DNA of 63,596 bases, the filler included, from Octopus bimaculoides (Eukaryota), in the NCBI RefSeq assembly GCF_001194135.2. It is 6 parts of 6 records of this genome, joined end to end, with 100 filler letters (N's around TTAATTAATTAA, not from the genome) between each part and the next. Parts side by side here need not be neighbours in the genome. Positions count along the whole stretch, not along the records: positions 17,938 to 45,397 come from NC_068983.1; positions 45,498 to 54,001 come from NC_068984.1; 4 more parts are not named here. One strand, written 5' to 3'. The translations under genes and the position numbers were made by a program. A model generated the notes under the pieces. It had not been told where the DNA came from. It did not search any database and saw nothing but the letters and a program-made list of their open reading frames with translations. This document shows, one piece after another, positions 38,762-50,857 of the stretch. Position 1 is the first letter of the stretch; every line of letters begins with the position of its first letter.

Positions 38762-39906
38762 ACACTAAACCATAATCGCTACCATAATGCAGAATGCCTT
38801 AAGCAGAGTCTACTCTGTTTCAATGGTTTCCAGTTTAAGGCTACGTGTTTCACTCTCTACTAACAGTGCTGGAAGTCCTTCAATAGGTCATGTGCACAGC
38901 CTCCCCTTCTGACTACAAGATAGAATAGTATATGTGAGTTCCTGCCGAGTTAAAAGGAAATATTTTTACACATTAAAGCATTTGCATCTTGTACAATCTT
39001 ATAAGTTCTCCTCAATACTTTGTGTATCGGTGTTATCTCTATCAGCTTGTTTTGTTGCTGGAGTCTGATTGCTATCGCCTGTAAAAATCTTTACGTGTGT
39101 GCAGGCAACAATATGAAACAAATAAATTAATCAATATTGTTTAAGAAATATTCGTTTAGACACTATTTCTATGTAATTTTTCCATGGAATTTATGCTAGC
39201 CAGTATCGGGAGCGTCGAAAATTGATTAGAAAATACGTCTGTATAAATGAGCACTACGAAAGTGTAACGTCGTAATTAGCTAATTCATACGCACGATTTG
39301 CCTATTCAAATGTATTTCCTACACTTCACACTCTATATTCGTTTTTTTTCTCTTCAATATGCTTTCAATCTTATTTACGTTCCACATTCTCAGCCATTGC
39401 CCCACCACTATGTTCCACCATGTTATAACAGCGCCACTTCATCCATGACTACCAGCACATGTGATGCTTTTGTCATGATACCTGCCTGGTAACCCGATAA
39501 TAGCATCCTGGTACACGTGATAATAGAATCCTGGAGTTTCCTGATAGATCAGGTCAGAATGGCATGAATGAAAGTGCTGTTGCAGCGAGTGGCAGCACTC
39601 ACTATTCATCGGTGTTTGTTCGGATCCTCCTGATTAGGGTCTCACATAGTCCTGCGATACGACTTCATCCGCCGTAACCGCATGGCATGGCATGTGGCCG
39701 ACCAACTTGAGCCGGATCATCAGAGAAGAGAACGCGCCATGCAGGCTCCAACTCGGTAAATCAAGCAACATGATAGAACATTTGGCATGCGAAGAACAGG
39801 ACGCATCACAGATTCCGTGTAAAGTTGTTTATATTAACCAGGAGGTTATATATANNNNNNNNNNNNNNNNNNNNNNNNNNNNNNNNNNNNNNNNNNNNNN
39901 NNNNNN

Positions 39907-40838
39907 ATTAGTGAAGGTGGGTAGTTCCTGGTGATGAGTGTATCCTTTAATTTATGTAGTCGTGTGTCCCTGGTGCCTGCATTAGAAAGTATAGTACAGA
40001 TCCTTTTTGCTAGGTTGAAGGGGATATTCATTCTGGTGTGTCTGGGGTAGCATGAGTTGAACGGTAGATATTGCTTGGAGTCCATCGGTTTATAGTATAT
40101 ATCTACTTCTATTATGTTGTTAGATTTCTTAATGAGGATGTCGGGTAAGGAATGATGTTGATGTCTATATCCCATCGTGAATTGAATGTTTACATCAAGT
40201 CCATTTATAAGTGCTTGAAATTCTTTAAGTCTCTCTATAATTTCATGCCAGTTATTTTCTATGTAGGAGAATGGGTTGCCGTATTTCTCTAGTACCTTAC
40301 GATAAAGACTAATTTCTAGATATCCCATGACTAAGAAAAGGAGGGGGCCATTCTCGTATTTTTGTCGATGGAAGTTGTCTTTGAAGACGAAGTATTTATT
40401 TTCCAAGATAAATTTTAGCCCTTCTATCACGAATTCTTTTTTGATGCAACGTGGGATTTCCTTGGCGTAATTCGCTAGCCAGAATTGAATTGCTCCTATT
40501 CCTAGGTTCTGGGGTATATTGGATTATAGGTTGACTACATCCAAGGATACTAGTAGGGTGTATTTGTTTATTGTTTCAGGAAGGTGTTGAGCATATCCAG
40601 GTCGTCTCTGATGAAGCATTTGACATGCTTGAGGAATCGTTTTTAAGAGGATATCTGAACAGTTACTGAGGCGGTGGATTTCGCATGCGGGGCCTGCTAT
40701 TATACTGCATGTGTTACTTATTTTCTCACTTTTGTGTATCTTGGGAATACCGTAGAATTGATTGGTTTTACACTCGAAATTGGCCGAATAGTCTCTTGTT
40801 ATTTCTGGAAGAGAAATTACAAGAGATCTAAAATACAA
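39907..40838 (-). mobile_element. Penelope-like reverse transcriptase pseudogene fragment
   Basis: FYGIPKIHKS..IIAGPACEIHRLSN..DILLK..LVSLDVVNL..GLKFILENKYFVFKDN..NIQFTM..DIYYKPMDSKQYLPFNSCYPRHTRMNIPFNLAKRICTI..NYPPSL are PLE RT/thumb motifs; frameshifted; YxDD region missing. Confidence 0.9.
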
Positions 40839-40952
40839 ATTATTTAAGCGACAAAATTTCTGTCAGCAATTCTGTTTCTCTTAACCGTAACACACGCGTC
40901 AGGTACGTACAAAAAAAAAATTGGCGTATCAATATTATTGATAATAATAATA

Positions 40953-41162
40953 ATCCTTTCAACTTTAACCACAAGGCTTGAAATTTGGAGGGAGGGGCAG
41001 TCGATTAGGTCGACCTCAGTACGCAACTGGTACTTAATTCATCCCTACCGAAATTGTGAATGGTAAAGGTGACCTCGGCGGAATTTGAACTCAAAACGTA
41101 GTGACGGACGAAATACCGGTAAGCATTTTGTCTGGTACTAACGATTCTACCAGCTCACCGCC
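40953..41162 (-). mobile_element. SINE family C
   Basis: Homologous to other family C copies; (AAT)n tail. Confidence 0.8.
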
Positions 41163-41232
41163 TTTACTACTTCTGCGACTACTACTACTACTACTACTAA
41201 TAATATTATTTTAGATTTTTATTTATGCACCC

Positions 41233-41530
41233 TTTCAAAGCATAACCAGGCTGATGGGCCCGGTTTCCCGGTGTCTATGGCGTATGTGTCCTCCCACCAG
41301 CTGGACGGCATGCCAGTCCATCGCAGCGTTACTCAAGAAACAGGAAGAAAGAGTGAGAGAAATTCGGTGCGAAAGAGTACAACACAGTTCGCTACCACCC
41401 CCTGCCGGAGCCTCGTGGAGCTTTAGGTGTTTTCGTTCAACAAACACACACAACGCCCGGTCTGGGAATCGAAACCGTAATGCTCCGACGGCGAGTCCGC
41501 TGCCCTAACTACCGAGCCATTGCGCCTCCA
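41233..41530 (-). mobile_element. SINE with family A head/body but a different 3' tail
   Basis: Head TGGAGGCGCAATGGCTCGGTAGTTAGGGCAGCGGACTC matches family A; tail ..GACACCGGGAAACCGGGCCC matches the tail of the CORE SINE at 59466-59699. Confidence 0.8.
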
Positions 41531-41962
41531 CATCTATATAATAATAACAAAAATATATTAATAATAATAATAATAAGAAGAAGAAGTCTTTCTACAAAGA
41601 CACAACATAAAGGCTTGGAACAAATAGAACATGGCATTTTGCTCGCTGTTCCAAACATACTAACAAACAACTATCATTCCTCTAAGGCTTTAATTTAGGC
41701 ACACAGTCATCAGATTTTAAAGAGAGTTGTTAATCAATTATATCAAACCCCAAAACTGGACTAGACATTTCTTTCATTGATCTCAAATGGATGAAATAAA
41801 AAGTTGACCTGATCGACTTTCGAAACCTAATCGCCCGATGATGGAATAAATAACGCAGAAGAAGAAAAGAAAGCAAATTTAGAGAAAGACAAAAAAAAAA
41901 AGAAAGTAAAGAAGAAAGCAAAGTGGAAAATTTAGACAGGAAATAAAGGCATAAGCTATTGT

Positions 41963-42340
41963 TGGAACTCCGTCGCTTACGACGTCGGGGGTTCCATTTG
42001 ATGCAATCAACGGAACAGCCTGCTCGTGAAATTAACGTGCAAGTGGCTGAGCACTCCACAGACACGTGTACCCTTAACGTAGTTCTCGGGGATATTCAGC
42101 GTGAAACAGTAGGACAAGGCTGACCCTTTGAGTTACAGGCACGACAGAAACAGGAAGTAAGAATGAGAGAAAGTTGTGGTAAAAGAGTACAGCAGGGTTC
42201 GCCACCATCCCCTGCCGGAGCCTCGTGGAGCTTTAGGTGTTTTCGCTTAATAAGCACTCGCAACGCCAGGTCTGGGAATCGAAACCGCAATCCCATGACC
42301 GGGAGACCGCTGCCCTAACCACTGGGCTATTGCGACTCCA
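41963..42340 (-). mobile_element. tRNA-derived SINE family A, near-full copy
   Basis: A/B boxes in head; body and tail homologous to 38406-38761 and 4413-4460. Confidence 0.88.
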
Positions 42341-42799
42341 CGCATAGGCTACAACAGTAAATAAAGAGGAGAATAAGACAAAAGATAAGAGAGAGAGAGA
42401 GGGGGAGAGAGAGGGGGAAGAGACAGAGATTGAGAAGGAGAAAGAAAGAGGAGAGAAAGAGAGAAATGCACAGAATACCAATGTATTTTAATAGTATTCC
42501 TAGTATTGGAGCTGAAGTCGCTGAGGATTCTGACGTTGATAAAACGTAGGTTTTCTGATTATGTTTTTTCTTCTTCTCTTCTCTTATATGGAAACCACAA
42601 ATGAAAAGTCTGTATGTCGTGTCTGTTGAAACTGCATGAGAAGAACTTTGGTGAAAAATAAAAATAAAGTTGAAACAATATGCAAAACGTTGAAGATATT
42701 CTGGATCAGAATGGCTTGCAGCGATTTTGTATGACCTTTCCTATATAAGTTGGAAATTGATGAATAATTAGGAAGCTTCTATCTCTCTCATTCTGCATA

Positions 42800-42855
<56 letters not shown>

Positions 42856-42950
42856 CGTCTTTCTCTTTCTTTCCTTATATTCAAATGCATATATGTTCGT
42901 GTGTATGTATGCATACGTATACGTATATATGTATGTATGTAGCTATCTAT

Positions 42951-43037
<87 letters not shown>

Positions 43038-43769
43038 TGCATTCACTCACACGCGCACACACAGACACACACTCACATACCCACACCTACACAATTATAC
43101 GAACATCTGCATAAATACTTTAAAATAAATCAATGGAAAACAGGACTCAGTAGAATTTTTAAAGTGACGTGAATTACTACAGTGTCATATCAGCTGAAAA
43201 TAACTGAAGTCACATTCATAGGTATACATACATGTGTGTATATGTGTGTTTTGGCGTAGGTGTGTCTGTGTGTGCAATCAACGAAATACTGCACTATACT
43301 GATATGATCATCATCATATATCCGGTTTCTTCGCTGACATGTGTTGGACGAACGGCCTAATTCGAGTGTGTTTATATTCGTTGTTACTGCCCATTCAATG
43401 TTGTTGGGTAGTCCCTTTTTCTCGTTCATATTCCAATGTTGGTTCGGTTTTAAAATCCTCAGCTTCAAAAATATCCTGTCTGTCTGTCACAACATCGCTT
43501 TTCTCTCAAAAGAACATTACGCCGTTCATATATGTGCATAACACACAACAGAATAGTTTGAATCAATTTCAGTTATAGATCGAACAACATTATTAGGTAT
43601 GTATTTATCTTCCAGACGGCTGATAACCTAGAATTACAGATTTTTAATAAATTGTCTCAGTATGTATGTATGTATGTATGTGTATATATGTGTATGTGTG
43701 TATGTATGTATGTATGTATGTATGCTTTTATACCTACCTCTACATCTATGTATCTATCAACCTATCCAA

Positions 43770-43802
<33 letters not shown>

Positions 43803-43807
43803 CTCTG

Positions 43808-43838
<31 letters not shown>

Positions 43839-43842
43839 ATTT

Positions 43843-43974
43843 ACTCTTTTACTCTTTTACTTGTTTCAGTCATTTGACTGTGGCCATGCTGGAGCACCAT
43901 CTTTAGTCGAGCAAATCTACCCCAGGACTTATTCTTTGGAAGCCAAGTACTTATTCTATCGGTCTCTTTTGCCG
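43843..43974 (-). mobile_element. SINE family B, 3' end abutting gap
   Basis: Reverse complement of the family B tail (..GCTCCAGCATGGCCACAGTCAAATGACTGAAACAAGTAAAAGAGTAAAAGAG). Confidence 0.85.
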
Positions 43975-44325
43975 NNNNNNNNNNNNNNNNNNNNNNNNNN
44001 NNNNNNNNNNNNNNNNNNNNNNNNNNNNNNNNNNNNNNNNNNNNNNNNNNNNNNNNNNNNNNNNNNNNNNNNNNNNNNNNNNNNNNNNNNNNNNNNNNNN
44101 NNNNNNNNNNNNNNNNNNNNNNNNNNNNNNNNNNNNNNNNNNNNNNNNNNNNNNNNNNNNNNNNNNNNNNNNNNNNNNNNNNNNNNNNNNNNNNNNNNNN
44201 NNNNNNNNNNNNNNNNNNNNNNNNNNNNNNNNNNNNNNNNNNNNNNNNNNNNNNNNNNNNNNNNNNNNNNNNNNNNNNNNNNNNNNNNNNNNNNNNNNNN
44301 NNNNNNNNNNNNNNNNNNNNNNNNG

Positions 44326-44373
44326 GTCTTACAGCTGTTTCCAGAATATTTATTATATACTTTCATCGGAGAC
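44326..44373 (-). ncRNA. Hammerhead-ribozyme-like motif (core reads CCGAUGA)
   Basis: Minus strand GUCU-CCGAUGA-stem II-GAAA-CAGCUGU-A-AGAC: perfect 4-bp stem I and the same palindromic stem III as 3424; U4>C core change. Confidence 0.5.
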
Positions 44374-45946
44374 GGTGTGAGAAGATGGTTAAGCAATAGT
44401 TAACTTAGATAAGATATGAAATAGAGAGTGAGGTGGAGGAATGGAAATTGATGTGAGATATGCAGGGATATTGTATTTGTAGATCCATTATTTAGGCAGA
44501 ATTGTATACATATAAGATTCCAATAACTTATGAGTAAAATCGAATAGTATTTAAAATTGTTCATTCTGAGTATAGAGTTTATACACAGTATTATTCAATC
44601 AATGATTTTATTTAAATAAACATTAATTCATCAATATTAATCTATGTAACTTCGAGGTACAGTACACTCGCTGAAACGTTACACACCAGTAACTAATAAT
44701 AAGTTTAAATTTAAGCTGGAAGAACACCAATTTTGACAGTAGGATTTTAGGCCATGCCGCGGATTTTCAGTATATACCGGTAGCTTACTTTATGGGCTAC
44801 GGACGGATAAAATGCAATGTGTCCCAATGCGGGAGTTTGATTCAGAATTTTAAGAATCTAAACAAATATTGCAAACCGTTTTTTCCAATACTCTAACGAT
44901 TCTGAGAAACTACTTCGCCGTTCCAGTATTCGTCTATGTGCTCTATCTCAAAGACTCAGGCTATACTGGTGCTTTTATATAGATGTAAGGTTAGCAATTT
45001 AGGGAAAATTACTTCATTATGTTTGGTTATATGATACTCGAAACAGTATTTCTGAGAAATTTGAGCACAAAAGATATCACATCTGTAAGGGATTTCATTA
45101 CATGTTTGCGCTCTCTAGATTTGGCGTGGAGTTAGCAAAGGCAACAGTATAAAATTTCAGATCTACATTTTAATTAAATTCGTTTCATCATCATCGCTGG
45201 TAAATTTTAAGGATGTACACTTCTGAACTTCTATGATAAGTTTATATATGACTGCTATGGGAGCACAACAATGTTATAGGACTTCACCTCAGCTTGGTGC
45301 AGAGGCGGATATCTTCATACAACAGAACATTGAAAAGGAGATTTCCTAGCGCCTGACTGGCTTTCTAGATTATCGAGGCAATATATATATATATATANNN
45401 NNNNNNNNNNNNNNNNNNNNNNNNNNNNNNNNNNNNNNNNNTTAATTAATTAANNNNNNNNNNNNNNNNNNNNNNNNNNNNNNNNNNNNNNNNNNNNATA
45501 TATATATATATATAATGTTTGTAGGCTCTTTGTGTGCCTTGTATTTTTAAGGTTTTTTTTTTCTTTTACATATATCTTTTTTATATATTTGCCTTCTCCA
45601 TATTTCACTGTCTTCTTCACACATTCACAAGATAACCTTTCACCACTTCTTCGTCAGATGTACATCCCGCTATACTTTCATTTTTCATTTATGTATTCTT
45701 TATTATTATTATTATCATTATTCTTTCCTGCTGTACCGTTATTTTATTTTGATTTTGATTTTAATTCTATTTTTTATTTTTATTTCTATCCTACTTTTGT
45801 TGTTGTTTTTCTTGTGGTCTCTACTACACTTCTGTTTTTACCTCTTGCTCTACATTTGTATGAAACCCTTTGTGAATCTCTGAAGAGGCCTAGCGGTTCG
45901 GGCATGTAACCCCATTTCAACATCCGATAATCACTCCGGCAAGAAA

Positions 45947-45997
45947 TATTCGGATGGAATGGGGCATGCTAAATCTAGGCCGAAACAGCTGTAAGAT
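45947..45997 (+). ncRNA. Degenerate hammerhead-like motif (core reads CGGAUGG)
   Basis: ..CGGAUGG..GGCC-GAAA-CAGCUGU-A-AGAU; two core changes. Confidence 0.35.
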
Positions 45998-47120
45998 TAT
46001 ACTTCTGTTCATCCTCTAATTCCTTATGTACTTTGTACTTCTATATGTAAACCAGGTTGGCAAAATAACATAGTCTGTCATAGACACCTGTGCTTTGGTT
46101 CTTTCTTCCTTTTTTTTTCTTTTTTTGTCACTTTAGCTATGAATTAAATTAATGAATTCAACGGGATACATTGTCTGCAAGTAGCTGGGTTCAGCATATT
46201 ATCCTCCATTTTCTAATTGTTATATNNNNNNNNNNNNNNNNNNNNNNNNNNNNNNNNNNNNNNNNNNNNNNNNNNNNNNNNNNNNNNNNNNNNNNNNNNN
46301 NNNNNNNNNNNNNNNNNNNNNNNNNNNNNNNNNNNNNNNNNNNNNNNNNNNNNNNNNNNNNNNNNNNNNNNNNNNNNNNNNNNNNNNNNNNNNNNNNNNN
46401 NNNNNNNNNNNNNNNNNNNNNNNNNNNNNNNNNNNNNNNNNNNNNNNNNNNNNNNNNNNNNNNNNNNNNNNNNNNNNNNNNNNNNNNNNNNNNNNNNNNN
46501 NNNNNNNNNNNNNNNNNNNNNNNNNNNNNNNNNNNNNNNNNNNNNNNNNNNNNNNNNNNNNNNNNNNNNNNNNNNNNNNNNNNNNNNNNNNNNNNNNNNN
46601 NNNNNNNNNNNNNNNNNNNNNNNNNNNNNNNNNNNNNNNNNNNNNNNNNNNNNNNNNNNNNNNNNNNNNNNNNNNNNNNNNNNNNNNNNNNNNNNNNNNN
46701 NNNNNNNNNNNNNNNNNNNNNNNNNNNNNNNNNNNNNNNNNNNNNNNNNNNNNNNNNNNNNNNNNNNNNNNNNNNNNNNNNNNNNNNNNNNNNNNNNNNN
46801 NNNNNNNNNNNNNNNNNNNNNNNNNNNNNNNNNNNNNNNNNNNNNNNNNNNNNNNNNNNNNNNNNNNNNNNNNNNNNNNNNNNNNNNNNNNNNNNNNNNN
46901 NNNNNNNNNNNNNNNNNNNNNNNNNNNNNNNNNNNNNNNNNNNNNNAGAGAGAGCAGCTGCCATAATATAAGGGCCAGTAAGAACAAATGTATTGAAATA
47001 TTTATTATAGAAGATTAACAAAACATTGACACTAGATATTTCACACATATTTAGAAAATTTCAAGGGAATGGAATATATTTTTTGTAAGTTATGAGGACA
47101 TAAAGAAATAATCTTCCATA

Positions 47121-48327
47121 CTGCAACGGCCAAACAATGAAAAATGGAACAAGAACAAAAAAGAAACCCTTACTATTAATATTTTGTGAACATCCCTTTA
47201 CTATCAATGACCTCCTGACGTGTGTTACCACAGGACTGAATTGATTTCTTTTAAAATGATGGAGTAATATTGTTCTATTCGTTTTTCAATAATTCTCAGA
47301 GTTCAAGCTGGTTCTTTGGATTTCTCCTTCGCGCCCCATCGATAATATTCCAAACTTTTTGTATGGGGTTGAGATCGGGACTTTGAGGTAGCCAGTCCAT
47401 GCGATCAACTCCTTCATCTCTCAAAACATATTTGACTCTCTTCACAGTGTGACAGAGAGCGTTGTCCTGCTCGAAGATTGGAGGTTGAACTGACGAGGAA
47501 TCGGAGATGTGGAAGGGCATGCTGTCTAAGAATCTGCTTGTAGATTTCAGCATTGACTGTCCCTTATAGGCGAACAAGTGGACCAGGACCAGTAGCAGAG
47601 ATCATTCCCGATACCATTACACTGCCTTCTCCATATTTCACTGTCTTCTTCACACATTCACAAGATAACCTTTCACCACTTCTTCGTCAGATGTACATCC
47701 CGCCATCGGAACTAATCACATTAATCTTCGATTCATCGCTATAATGAACCTGCGACCACTGTTCTTCTGTCCAAGCAACATGTTCGTGAGCGGAACGAAG
47801 ACGGGATCTTTGATTCTTCTTGGAGATCAGAGGTTTCTTTGCCGGTGCCCGAGCAAGCAACCCAGAACCTCGTAACCTCCGAGAAACTGTTTTGCACGGT
47901 ACGTTGAAATCGGAAGTAGAGCTAAACTCCTGGGATATCTCAGCAGCACTCTTAAACCTACCCTTCAGTGACATTCTAACCATAATGCGATCCTGTCTAA
48001 GTGAAGTTTTACGAGGTCTACCGGTTTGGGGTCCAGCATCTGTCGATCCTGATGATTTATAAAGAGCTACAATTCGTTGAACAACACTTCTAGACCTTCT
48101 TACAGTAGTTGCTTTCACAGAATCTGACTTTCCCTCTTGGTGAAGGCACACAATCCTTTGTTTTTCATCACAGGACACTGGTCGTCTCTCACAAGCCACC
48201 ATTTTGACAGTTGAATGTTCCAATAATGTAAGAAGTAGCTGTCAACCCATTAACAGTCTACTAAACAAATACCTTGGTTAGTAGTTCATTTTTTTTCTAA
48301 GTGACCGTTAACATTTGGCCGCTGCAA
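47121..48327 (-). mobile_element. Tc1 (DD34E) transposon, near full length, inactive
   Basis: Short degenerate TIRs CTGCAACGGCCAAA (47121, after TA) / TTTGGCCGCTGCAA (48314-48327) flanking a full transposase reading. Confidence 0.85.
47176..48202 (-). pseudogene. Tc1 transposase pseudogene
   Basis: GRPRKTS, KKPLISKKN..RL, YSDESKIN, VKYGEGSVMV, FEQDNALCHT, WLPQSPDLNPIQKVW (E>Q), C-terminal KGMFTKY*; at least two in-frame stops and two frameshifts. Confidence 0.92.
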
Positions 48328-48965
48328 TTTAGAAGATTGCTCGTTTTTTTCCTCACAAGTTACAAAATATTTATTCCATTCACTTGAAATTTTCACGAAA
48401 GATAGATATTATATATATTTAAATATGTATAAAGTATCTAGTTTGAACGTGTTGTTAATCTTCTATAATAACCATTTCAATACACGGAAATCGCTTCAAT
48501 ATACCACGACGTCTAAAAAACTTTTGAACTTTTGAACTTTTCCACTTTTGTAAACCTCCTTTATCATCATTTTTTTTACCTTTCTAACTTCCGGTCAGCC
48601 ATTGTTATGATCAGCCATTATTATGATTGACCGTTGACACTATTCAATTTTTTTTTCTCCGTGTTTTTCTCCTTGTCTCCGTATTCTTTCTGTTGAAGAG
48701 CGTAGCTCGAAACGTCAAAGACTTTCCGTATTCCCGAGCGTCATACTAATACATCCTTTTGTTATTTACACCACCTGTCCTCGTCTGTTGTTGTTTTTTC
48801 GTATATTCTCCCATATATATATATATACGTATATGCATGTATGTATATATGTGTATGTATATAAATATATATATATACATATATATATACATACATATAT
48901 ATACACACAGAGACACACACACACACACATACATACATTCATACATACATACATATATAAAAAAA

Positions 48966-49325
48966 ACTTAGCTATGTTTCGATCAAAGATTGGTCCAGGC
49001 CATGTCTAACTTAATAGTTCTACCTGATAGGATTATCTAAATCCTTTTTAAGTCAAGTTTTGTTTATGGTCCATTCAAGTAGTAAGTTCTTGTTGAGTGA
49101 GTTGTATCCAGGTATGGGTAGCTTGTCTCGTATTCCTTGAAGAAATCTGTCCAGACTCCGTTTAAAGGTGAAGAGATCCTTTTCTTCTTTGATCAGTTTT
49201 GGGACAATGTTAAACAGGGCAGGGCCTGTTGAGGAAAAGAAAATGCGTCGCAGTGTACCTATATGTTGTGATCCTGAATTGGGCAGGGGACTATGGCCCG
49301 TGGTCCCGCCTTGGATTAACCTTGA
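48966..49325 (-). mobile_element. CR1-group LINE 3' end
   Basis: GPALFNIVPKLIKEEKDLFTFKRSLDRFLQGIRDKLPIPGYNSLNKNLLLEW matches the LFN.LP..FK..LD.FL..IPD.P ORF2 C-terminus; followed by a short 3' UTR. Confidence 0.75.
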
Positions 49326-49422
49326 AACTAATGTATATATATATATATATACATTCAAGTATAAAACAGAAGCAGTGTTAGTGTAATAACATTATCGATC
49401 GCGTACTTAACGTATATGCCCT

Positions 49423-49641
49423 GTGTGTTACCGCAGGCCGCGATATGAAGTGGTTGAGATTGCCCCCTCAAATCGCCCGGTGTTAAAACACTTGAAAGTC
49501 ATGGACAGGCGAGACAACTCACCCCAGATCTCATTCAGGAGTGATAGACATCGAAGTTGTCCCACCTGTCCATGACCTTCAGGTGTTTTAACACCCGGCG
49601 CTTTGAAAGAGCACACCAAAACGCGGCCTAACGGCAAACAC
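49423..49641. repeat. Nested imperfect inverted repeat (fold-back/MITE-like)
   Basis: Arms ..CCGGTGTTAAAACACTTGAAAGTCATGGACAGGCGAGACAACT / AGTTGTCCCACCTGTCCATGACCTTCAGGTGTTTTAACACCCGG.. plus outer AGGCCGCG/CGCGGCCT. Confidence 0.9.
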
Positions 49642-49667
49642 TGTGGTTGTACGTTGTGTGGTCCTTA

Positions 49668-49714
<47 letters not shown>

Positions 49715-50183
49715 NNNNNNNNNNNNNNNNNNNNNNNNNNNNNNNNNNNNNNNNNNNNNNNNNNNNNNNNNNNNNNNNNNNNNNNNNNNNNNNNNNNNNN
49801 NNNNNNNNNNNNNNNNNNNNNNNNNNNNNNNNNNNNNNNNNNNNNNNNNNNNNNNNNNNNNNNNNNNNNNNNNNNNNNNNNNNNNNNNNNNNNNNNNNNN
49901 NNNNACACACATGCGGGAAGAGCCATTCTAACAATGCGTCCTGCCCTAACTCTTCGAAACGCTTAGTTTTAGAATGGTGCCAGCTGATGAAGGAAATGTT
50001 CTCTATGTGGCCTGTGTGTTTTCTGTGCTCTGTTTATGTTCTGTTTCTCATTTTGTCCACGTTTTTTTGTAACGTCCTGTACCCAGATATGCATCTATAT
50101 ATACACGTAGATGTAGGTATGTACATACATGTACGTATATATGCATATACTCACATATTATTTGTATGATATATATATATATA

Positions 50184-50810
50184 CCAGTGAGTGGACAAAT
50201 GAAAGAATGTCACTCAACACATTTATTGGGAGTTACATGTATGGATCGTAACAGCTTGATTCAAATTCGTTGGTACTCTGAGTTTCACGTTTGAAACTTG
50301 TTCCCAGTGTTACTGTTTCGTCTGCTATGTAGAATATGGACAATGTGGGTCATGTTATTTTGTTTGTATAGTACATCGGTCGAAGAGACATGTAGCAGTA
50401 GTAACCTCCGTGAGATGAAGCTGTTTTAGAGCACAAGTCATTCAAAATAGCCGTCATTTACAAATGTACTCGCGCATTTTCAAAGAAAAAAAATTATTCT
50501 TTCTGATTGATGCAAGCGTTGTAGTACTTGGTGCAGTCTGTTGATTTCTTGACAATACTTCTCTTCTCTGATAGTGTCGCCGTCAATCAAGAAATAATAG
50601 CAGGTGGCCCCAGTTGGCAACAACCAAATGATTAACTTAACCTTCTTCAGATGCCGTTTGGGTTTGAGAAAGTATTTTTGATGGTTCATCTGAATTCAGC
50701 CACACCACGGAACACCCTCGGTTGTTGTATAGATTCCAATCTTCATCACATGTCACATGCGATCAAGAAGAGGATTTCTTTCTTGTGCGGAAGATACTTA
50801 GATTAGATTT
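50184..50810 (-). mobile_element. Second, older mariner (Hsmar1-like) relic
   Basis: LLDR..VTCDEDWNLYNNRGCSVVWLNSDEP..KPKRHLKKVKLIIW..GDTIREEKYCQEINRLHQVLQRL..ENARVH; many frameshifts. Confidence 0.75.
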
Positions 50811-50857
50811 CATAACGGTGAATTGTGATTTTTTTTCTTTTTTCTCTTTCTTTGGAG

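Noticed and set aside
49915-50000. CGAAAC..CTGATGAAG hammerhead-like words
   Set aside because: Order and stems do not assemble into a closed type I, II or III hammerhead.
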